This document shows positions 54,603 to 64,000 of a stretch of 64,000 nucleotides of DNA, piece by piece (position 1 is the first letter of the stretch; the number at the start of each line of letters is the position of its first letter). Made by a program: the position numbers and the translations under genes. The stretch comes from Octopus vulgaris (lineage: Eukaryota), in the NCBI GenBank assembly GCA_951406725.2, contig OX597814.1:112344001-112408000 (forward strand). The letters run 5' to 3'. Under the pieces are notes generated by a model, which was not told the DNA's origin, did not search any database, and saw only the letters and a program-made list of their open reading frames with translations.

Positions 54603-55045
54603 ACTTTCTTTATTGGCCACAAGGTTCCGCACAAAAAACAAAAGGACATTACATAAAACAAACAAGGAACGGTGGATTTCTTTATTAACCACAAAGGGAG
54701 ACCTCCTAGAGCTACTCGTGGAAACCCCCAAAATCCACAACAATCCTGACCACCAGGGTAAGCACCCTCTCCACATTGTCTACTGGTGCATGCTTAGAGT
54801 GGGCTCATTCACTCGGCCATTCTTGCGATATTCATCCACCTTTTAACAAAATTATTAGGACACAGAACTTCCCTCTCCAGCCTCACTTTCCTTTGCAAGT
54901 GAAACTTGAAAAAGTTGAGTCGGGGTTGGCCAAAGAGGAAAGTGCCTGTCGTCAGCCCTTTCAATCTGGTCCACCAAACAACCTCTTTCGCTAAGGTTAT
55001 AAGGCAAACAAAAATAGCTTGCCTTTCCTGGCCAATGGAAGGCGG
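54603..55045 (-). mobile_element. 3' fragment of a Tx1/L1-like LINE (ORF2 C-terminus + 3' UTR)
   Basis: ORF 54809-55057: ...IFVCLITLAKEVVWWTRLKG...FKFHLQRKVRLERE...FVKRW resembles the Tx1/L1 C-terminal helix pattern; 3' end gtggccaataaagaaag + (tat)n. Confidence 0.6.
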
Positions 55046-55061
55046 AAATAATAACAATAAT

Positions 55062-55495
55062 TCTTTCTACTAAAGGCACAAGGTCTGAAAGTATCGAGGA
55101 GGGGACTTGTCGATTACATCGATCTCCAGTGTTTCACTGGTACTTAATTTATCGACCCCGAAAGGATGAAAGGCAAAGTCGACCTCAGCGGAATTTGAAC
55201 TCAGAACGTAGCAGCAAGCGAAATGACTATTTCTGTACTACCCACAAGGGGCTAGCAGCAAGCGAAATGACTATTTCTGTACTACCCACAAGGGGCTACC
55301 CACAGAGAGGACAAACAAGGACAGACAAACGGATTAAGTCGATTATATCGACCCCAGGGCGTAACTGGTACTTATTTAATCGACCCCCAAAGGCAAAGTC
55401 GACCTCGGATGAATTTGAACTCAGAACGTAACGGCAGACGAAATACCGCAAAGCATTTCGTCCAGCGTGCTAACGATTCTGCCAGCTCGCCTCCT
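55062..55495 (-). mobile_element. SINE family B dimer, with a 44-bp internal tandem duplication
   Basis: Two central domains in tandem; tagcagcaagcgaaatgactatttctgtactacccacaaggggc occurs twice (about 55209-55296). Confidence 0.8.
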
Positions 55496-55530
55496 AGGAA
55501 ATAATAATAATAATGATGATGATAATAATG

Positions 55531-55598
<68 letters not shown>

Positions 55599-56101
55599 TT
55601 GGAAGTGTTATCATGTACATTGTTTTGTCTTGGTATAAAAGATGGGCTACAGCAAATATTCTGCTCAATACCACAGATTTGCTTGTCAGTTGTTTGACCT
55701 TAACCAGTTGAGCATGTCACTTAGTGGCTGACGATATGTGTATCTCTGATCACGAGCAGAAGTAGTGGGGGAGCATCATAGCCATGTGTTGAGAAGGATT
55801 CTTTGGGGTTTGAATAATTCACCTCTGGAAACATGGGTGTTTCGTTCAACGTCCTTAAACAACCCTTATTCAGGGACCTTTTGAGCGGGATGGGTTACTC
55901 GATCTGAAGAAAATTCTAACTGGGCTCCACCTGCAAGGTCATGTGCTGTTTATCTTGATATAAGATCACCATGTCGCGCACATATGGTTGTGATGCATGT
56001 GCCTGGTGTACCCTTATCAGACGGGTAGTCATGATGGGTATACTGGGCTTCGTATATTTTACCCCAGTGTCACTTTGATGGCATGCTCTGCTCGCTCACT
56101 C
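55599..56101 (+). mobile_element. About 500-nt non-coding insert between (AAT)n tracts, unclassified
   Basis: GC-richer unique block sharply bounded by (AAT)n on both sides; no recognisable ORF. Confidence 0.45.
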
Positions 56102-56184
<83 letters not shown>

Positions 56185-56770
56185 CAATAATAATGATGAT
56201 ATTGTTTTCAAATTTTGGTACGAAACCTTCAGTTTTGGGACAGGGAATAAGTCAATTTATCGACCCCCAGCGATCAACTGGTACTAATTTTATCGACCCA
56301 GAATGGATGATAAACAAAGGCAGCCTCGGTGAAATTTGAACACAGAACGTAAAGATGGATAGTATGTCGCTTAGCATTTTGTTCGGTGAACTGATATGTT
56401 TAACAGCATTTCGCCCATCTTTATGTTCAGAGTCTAGTTTCTCTTTCATAAAATAAGTACCAGCTGTATATTGGGAGACCAATGTAATCGACTTGCCTAC
56501 CTCCCACTAAATTGCGGGCCTTGTGTCAAGGTTACAAACTAATCCTAATATAAGTAGTAAAAATAGTAAGATTGCGGCCATGCTGGTGCACCGCCTTTAG
56601 TTGAAGAGAATTGACCCCAGGACTTATTCTTTCTAAGCCTAGTACTTATTCTGTCGGTCTCTTTTGCTGAACCGTTAAGTTATGGGGACGTAAACACACC
56701 AACATCGGTTGTCAAGCAACGATGGGGGAACAAACACACACACGCATATATGTGTGTGTGTTTGTGTGTG

Positions 56771-56819
<49 letters not shown>

Positions 56820-56821
<2 letters not shown>

Positions 56822-56952
56822 AGGCGCAATGGGCCAGTGTTTAGGGCGGCAGACTCGCGGTCGTAAAATCGCGGTTTCGCCTGGTCTGGGAATCGAAACC
56901 GCGATCCAACGACCGCGAGTTCGCTGCCCTAACCACTGGACCATTGCGCATC

Positions 56953-56953
<1 letters not shown>
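56820..56953. mobile_element. Two SINE family C tRNA heads in inverted orientation
   Basis: tggaggcgcaatgg...cgcggtttcg / cgaaaccgcg...ccattgcgcatcca, flanked by (TG)n and (CA)n. Confidence 0.8.
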
Positions 56954-56984
<31 letters not shown>

Positions 56985-57277
56985 CGTACATACATACATA
57001 CATACATACATACATACATACATACATACATACATACATACATACATACATACATGCATGCACACATACATACATATGCGTTTGCTAAACACTGAAGGGT
57101 GAACCTACAAGATTATTTAATGTTTCAACAAGCAATTCTATAATCCAGGCTGTAATCCCAAGAAATGCGCGGATGTTTCATAAAGCATAAAGATACCTTT
57201 CAAAACCAAACGGAGGAACGAAATACGTTTTATGTATTTTATCAATACTATTTTTTCATTTACATACGCACGCACAC

Positions 57278-57329
<52 letters not shown>

Positions 57330-57331
57330 AT

Positions 57332-57369
<38 letters not shown>

Positions 57370-58160
57370 CACATACACACCCACCCACACAAACACACAC
57401 ACATATATATATACATATGTGTGTGTGTGTGTGTGTGTGTGTCTATGTATGTATGTGCAGATTTGTATGTTTTGCTTTATGTATGTATTCCCATGCATAT
57501 AGTTGCTTATCTAGACATGCTCATATATAGTTAAATGATAAACTTCTGGAAAGTTTTACAGATTTTTACAGTTCCAGTGATAGACTGGATCTGTAGTCTT
57601 CGAATTAGCTTTCTCCTTTCTCATGTTGAGAAGCCTGATTTTTCAAGATTGGTATTTAGGCAGTGTATGTATATATGTATGTCTATCTGTCTGTCTGCAT
57701 GTGTGTATGTGTGTATATATGTATATATGTATGTATGTATGTATGTATGTTTGTGTATGTGTATGTATTATGAAGGAAAGTGCATGTGCTTATATGAACT
57801 TAGTGAATTCAGCCCATGCTGTAGCGATATGTAATATTCTTTCCTCTGCCGGTTACTACTACTGTGTATGTATTTATACATATTTTGTGAGTGAGTATAC
57901 GTAAATATGTCTGTGAATACATATACATATATACATTCATGTATATATACACATACACACACAGACCGAATCAATGATGTTATTGACATCATAAGGTAGT
58001 CAAAGACTAGCGACTCACTAGAATTCCTGAAATGCTAATCCCATTTCTTTGGTTCATATTCGCCCTAAAAGTACGCATCATTAAACTCAATTGCACGAAC
58101 CCTTTAGGAATCATGATGTTTTAATCCTATGCACCGAAAAATGATCATACATATGTACAG

Positions 58161-58212
<52 letters not shown>

Positions 58213-58214
<2 letters not shown>

Positions 58215-58587
58215 TTTCTACTCTAGGCACAAGGGCGAAATTTTGATGGAGGAAGCTAGTCGATTAGACCGACCACAGTACGCAACTGGTACTTAATTCA
58301 TCGAAACCGAAATAATGGAAGGTAAAGTCAACCTTGGCGGAATTTGAACTCAGATCGTAAAGACTGGCGAAATACCTATTTCTTTACTACCCACAAGGGG
58401 CTAAACACAGAGGGGACAAACGGATTAAGTCGATTACATCGACCCCAGTACGTAACTGGTACGCCATTTATCGATTATGAAAGGCAAAGTCGACCTCGGC
58501 GGAATTTGAACTCAGAACGTAACGGCAGTCGAAATATGGCTACGCATTTCGCCCGGCGTGCTAACGTTTCTGCCAGCTCGCCGCCTT
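58213..58587 (-). mobile_element. SINE family B dimer
   Basis: Same two-monomer architecture as 55062-55495. Confidence 0.8.
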
Positions 58588-58687
58588 ATATATAATAATC
58601 GTGTATACTTATATACGCATATAAGTATATAACTATATCTATGTGTATATATATGTGTGTGTGTGTGTGTGTGTATGTGTGTATACC

Positions 58688-58721
<34 letters not shown>

Positions 58722-59159
58722 CATATATATGACTGAATACACACAAACACACATATATATATATACATTCATATGTATGTATGTGTATGTATATGAATAC
58801 ACATATCTATATAAACATACATTTATTAAACAGCATGCATACATATATATTGCTTTCACTCTCTCTCTCTCTCACATCTTCATCTCTCTCCCAACCTCTC
58901 ACTCTCTCTCTCACACACTCTCTCCCTCACTCTCTCTCTCTCTCGGCGTCAATACGTTTAATTAGCCGACTTACTCTCTTAAGTCCCGACTCCTCGAACG
59001 GATGTAAGGCCTAATCAACAAGGTTTGCCCTGACGCCTCGGTCTCCATTCACGTTAATCCGCTTGCTTTTGCATCCTCTCATTAAACACTCCACTCATAG
59101 CAACAACACTAATAGTTTTAATTTTACATTCGCAATCAAAGTGAAATAATTATATATAT

Positions 59160-59232
<73 letters not shown>

Positions 59233-59818
59233 CAGGTGCGTTTTTGTGTGTGTGTTTGTGTGTGTGTATGTGTGTGTATTTAAATATGGGTGCATAATTT
59301 TAAATGTATATGTAAATACATATTTGTGTATGCGAAAATACGTATGTATGGGTATATGCGTGTATGTATATGTGTGCGTGTGCGTTTCTGTGTTTGTGTA
59401 TTTAACATGGGTATATAATTTTGCATCTGTATGTAGGTGTATGTAAGTGTTTGTATTCGAAAATACTATGTTTGTGTATGTGTGTGTATATATGTGTGTG
59501 TGTGCGTTTGTGTGTGTGTTTGTGTGTGTGTTTAAACATTGGTATATAATTTTGCATGTATATGTAGTTACATATAAATGTGTGTATATGAAAATGCGTA
59601 TGTGTATGTTTATGCGTGTGTGTATGCATGCGGGTGTAGGTGAATATAGGTGTACATGAAGATATGTATATGTTTGCGTTTGGGGATATATATATAAATA
59701 TGATATAAATATAAATATGTATGTGTGTATGTGTATATATGTATATGTAGGATTGAATAAATTTATATACAAGCTTTCCCGTCTCTCTTCCCTCTTTCTC
59801 TCTGTATTTATATATATG

Positions 59819-59876
<58 letters not shown>

Positions 59877-60013
59877 CATATATATATATACATATATATA
59901 TCTACATATATATATATATTTATATATATGCATATATATATATATGTATGTGTGTTTGTATCAGTCTACATGTACACACGTATGTATATATATATACAGT
60001 TATATATATATAC

Positions 60014-60044
<31 letters not shown>

Positions 60045-60045
60045 T

Positions 60046-60078
<33 letters not shown>

Positions 60079-60269
60079 CGTATGTATATGCACCAGTGTT
60101 TTTCAATACATATAATAATCAATGAATAACGAGTGACTCAAGGATTCAATACATGCGCAGAATGTCAAAAATTTCGTCTAGACATTATGTATAGACGACC
60201 ACCGATGTATTTCCTACACACACACACACATACGCGTATGCACATATATATATATTTATGTACGTATGT

Positions 60270-60311
<42 letters not shown>

Positions 60312-60360
60312 ATCCATCTAACTACCTATCTATATATATCTATATCTATACACACACACG

Positions 60361-60492
<132 letters not shown>

Positions 60493-61017
60493 AATGAACA
60501 AGAGAGAGAGAGAAATGAACAAGAGAGAGAGAGAAATGAACAAGAGAGAGAGAGAGAGCGTGAGCCGACGATATTGGAAATGAGATGCAAGTTGAGCCGA
60601 GAAAGGTACCCTTTGAAAGCGAATTTGATGTTGACAAATGCTCCTGCGACCCCAGAGCCATTTTCTGGCTGATTGAAAACATTCAAGAAGTCACTCCGCG
60701 GTTACAAACACCACCGGTTTCATTTTTAGAGCATCCTCCTCGCGCATAATGTCTTTACATAACAGTGGAAAACCCTCCTGTTTCACAGGTTCTGATCTGC
60801 TCTCCACATCAAGTGGGCTTCGTACTGTTTCTAGTTCTGCAGCCGAAGACGAAGTCCTCGGTGCACTTTATAATGAGTTGCATGTTACCAGAGCTTATGA
60901 ACAACCTGACATTTTACATGCACACACACACACGTGTGTGTGTGTGCGTGATGTCAAGAGGAACACAAAGAATCAATGTAGCACGAGAGTAAGATTGGTT
61001 CTAATATTCCTGTACCG

Positions 61018-61147
61018 TGGAGACGCAATGGCCCAGTAGTTAGGGCAGTGTACTCGTGGTCGTAGGATCGCGGTTTCGATTCACATATCGAGCGTTGTGA
61101 GTGTTTATCAACTGGAACCCTCATCGTCGCAACCGACGGAGTGCCAC
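61018..61147 (+). mobile_element. SINE family C, internally deleted (head fused to tail)
   Basis: tRNA-like head joined at gtttat|caactggaacc to the tail. Confidence 0.72.
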
Positions 61148-61206
61148 ACACGGAGTACCATTCCTTTTCAAACGTTATTACATAAATGATTGTAAGTTTA
61201 TATAAG

Positions 61207-61545
61207 GGCGGCGTGCTGGCAGAATCGTTAGCACGTCGCGCGAAATGCTTAGCGCTATTTCGTCTGTCAATACGTTCTGAGTTCAAATTCCGCCTTTGTC
61301 TCTCCTCCTTTCGTGGTCGATAAATTAAGTACCAAGACTTTCGGGCCTTGTGCCTAGAGTAGAAAAGAATCGTTAGCACGCCGGGCAATAAATCTTAACA
61401 GAGTTTCTTCTAGCTTACATTTTGAGTTCAAATTCCGCTGAGGTCGGCTTTATTTTTTGTCTTTTCGGGGTCGATAAAAATCAGGACCATTTGAGTACTG
61501 CTCCCTTCTACCAAATTTTAGGCCATGTTCCTATAATAGAAATTA
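61207..61545 (+). mobile_element. SINE family B, nested/adjacent copies
   Basis: agaatcgttagcacg and tgagttcaaattcc each occur twice. Confidence 0.7.
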
Positions 61546-61574
61546 TCAAATTCTTATATGTGATAAAGTCTTAT

Positions 61575-61758
61575 CTTGTTTCAGTTATTAGACTGCAGCC
61601 TCTGGGGCACCGTCTTGAAGAATTCTTTTTTTGTTTTTTACACCTCAGTACCAATTTTTCCGAGCCTAGTACATACTCTGTCTCTTTTATCGAACCGCTG
61701 AATCACAGGGACGTAAACATACCAGCATGGGTTGTCAAGTGGAAGACAAACACTAGCA

Positions 61759-61817
<59 letters not shown>

Positions 61818-61960
61818 ACATACGATGGGCATATTTCGGTTTCCGTCTATCAAATCCACTTACAATGCTTTGGTCGGCCCAAGGTGTCATGCAGCGCGAT
61901 TGAACCTGGAACAATGTGGCTAGGAAGCAAGCTTCTTACCTCACAACCACGCCTGCGCCT
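61575..61960 (-). mobile_element. SINE family A, diverged
   Basis: Reverse-complement head and tail recognisable. Confidence 0.7.
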
Positions 61961-62818
61961 TCTCAGTATAAATTTAGCCATAGTTGAATATACACGTATA
62001 GTAGTACCGCTTTTTGTGTTTGTTTTCACCACTTGACATCCGATGTGGATTTGTTTATGCTTTCGTTATGCCAATAATAAACACACGCACTGGTTCTATC
62101 TCACTTCTTTTATTATTATCAGTCAATATCCTATTGACAGGCAGACCTTGTGAATGGATGGTAGACGTCAGCTAAACAGAAGACCGTCGTGTATATATAT
62201 ATATATATATATATAAAGTGTGTGTGAATGTGGGCGTGTGTATGTGATCGGAAATAGAGAGGGCATGTTATTGATTGGTGACGAACGGACCTTCGCTAAC
62301 ATAACTGATCATTGATTGAACGGATATTAAATCAAAGAATCGATTAATCGGTGAAATAGTTAACCAATGAACTAATAATAAATATTGAACTGAAATAGAA
62401 TCGGTGCGGGTGTTTATTATTGTTATAATGACCCTCGCGAGATACAACAAAATATATTTCAGCACGGGAATTCACATCAGAAATCATTCAAACAAAATAC
62501 AAACATGCAAAATAAAAAATTACCAGAATAGTGGAAATTTCAATTATATTTCAAATGTATATATTTTTGAGAACAATACTCCAGCATGGCCGTAGGCTAA
62601 TAAGTGAAACCAAAAACATATTATATTTCAATTGGGAAGCATTACTTGAGAAAATATACCCCTAAGCTCATAAAATAGATATACATACATACATACATAC
62701 ATACATACATACATACATACATACATACATACATACATACATACATACACACGTGCATACACAAATGCATACATACATACACACTTACAAACACACATAT
62801 GCATACATACATACATAC

Positions 62819-62862
<44 letters not shown>

Positions 62863-62863
62863 G

Positions 62864-62895
<32 letters not shown>

Positions 62896-63644
62896 GTACA
62901 TACATAAACACTCACACGCGTATGCATGTACGGATGTCCTTGTTGCTTCTTTTGATTTTATCTACATGTATGTATGTACGTACGCTTGCATGCATGTATG
63001 TACAATATATATATATCTATATATATATATGTATGCATACATATATGTGTGTATGTATAAAAATATATATGTATATATATATGTGTGTATATATATATAT
63101 TTATATATATGCACATGTATAAGTATATATATATTGTTTATATATGTATATATTTATGCGTGTATGTACATATATACATATAAATATATATGCATATATC
63201 TATATATATACATATACATGTATGTATATATATATATATACATATACATATATGTATATATATATGTATATATATGTATATATATATGTGTTTGTGTGTG
63301 TGTGTATGTATGTATGTATGTATTTGATGTGAGACTTGTAAATGTTAGTAGATTAAATCAAATTTAAACCTGGATTACAAATTGTGTCGTCCATTTGCTG
63401 TCGTAGTAAAACACCTTGTTAACCAGAAGACGCTAATGGTGTGAAGACGTTATGTTAGCTAATCCCATTACTGTAGATATAATGTGTTTATGTCAGATTA
63501 AATTTTAACACTTGTTGTTGTTGAAATTGTTGTTGTTTTGTTGTACCTATCATTTCTATATGGAATCGAAATTATAGGTTGATATTTCAGATAGAAACAT
63601 TCGAATTTAAATGACAGCATTTTTGTGCATACATATAAACATAC

Positions 63645-63689
<45 letters not shown>

Positions 63690-63699
63690 TATATTTATA

Positions 63700-63823
<124 letters not shown>

Positions 63824-63895
63824 ATATATATATATATGTATATGTATATATACAAATACATAGATATAGAAATATATTCATATATGCGTAAATAC

Positions 63896-63950
<55 letters not shown>

Positions 63951-64000
63951 CGTGGATAGATGTGTGTGTATATATAAATTTAAAATGAACGAGCATCATA

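Noticed and set aside
58960-59095. RTE LINE 3' end
   Set aside because: Only a faint GLT*MET.. resemblance on the minus strand; too decayed to call.
60560-60920. Possible exon or gene fragment
   Set aside because: GC-richer unique block, but stops in the frames read and no recognisable protein motif.

Overview
AT-rich, microsatellite-saturated animal DNA. The SINE repertoire resembles the tRNA-derived SINEs of octopus, so a cephalopod origin is inferred, not proven. Nearly all ORFs in the supplied track are microsatellite translations. The only convincing host coding sequence is a 63-nt first coding exon on the minus strand (7969-8031, MSYPQFGYTYPSTNNSISSTQ followed by GTAAGT), matching the N-terminus of Iroquois (Irx) homeobox proteins. 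Positions 1-7968 are therefore probably intron 1, and the rest is 5' UTR plus upstream gene desert. The most striking feature is a near-perfect tandem array (19298-22945) of 6.8 x 535-nt non-coding units, each carrying a complete type I hammerhead ribozyme (HHR), the architecture of a non-LTR retrozyme predicted to give 535-nt self-cleaved or circular RNAs. About ten further HHR-like motifs are dispersed through the window. They include U3-A8 and G3-C8 compensatory core variants, a 359-nt terminally redundant retrozyme-like insert, Penelope-style inverted repeats, and a separate covarying three-stem RNA motif shared by three inserts. Also present are three SINE families, R4/Dong-like, Tx1/L1-like and CR1-group LINE 3' fragments, a mariner deletion derivative, and a hAT-type MITE that captured neighbouring DNA. 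All structures were paired by eye; nothing was computed or searched.
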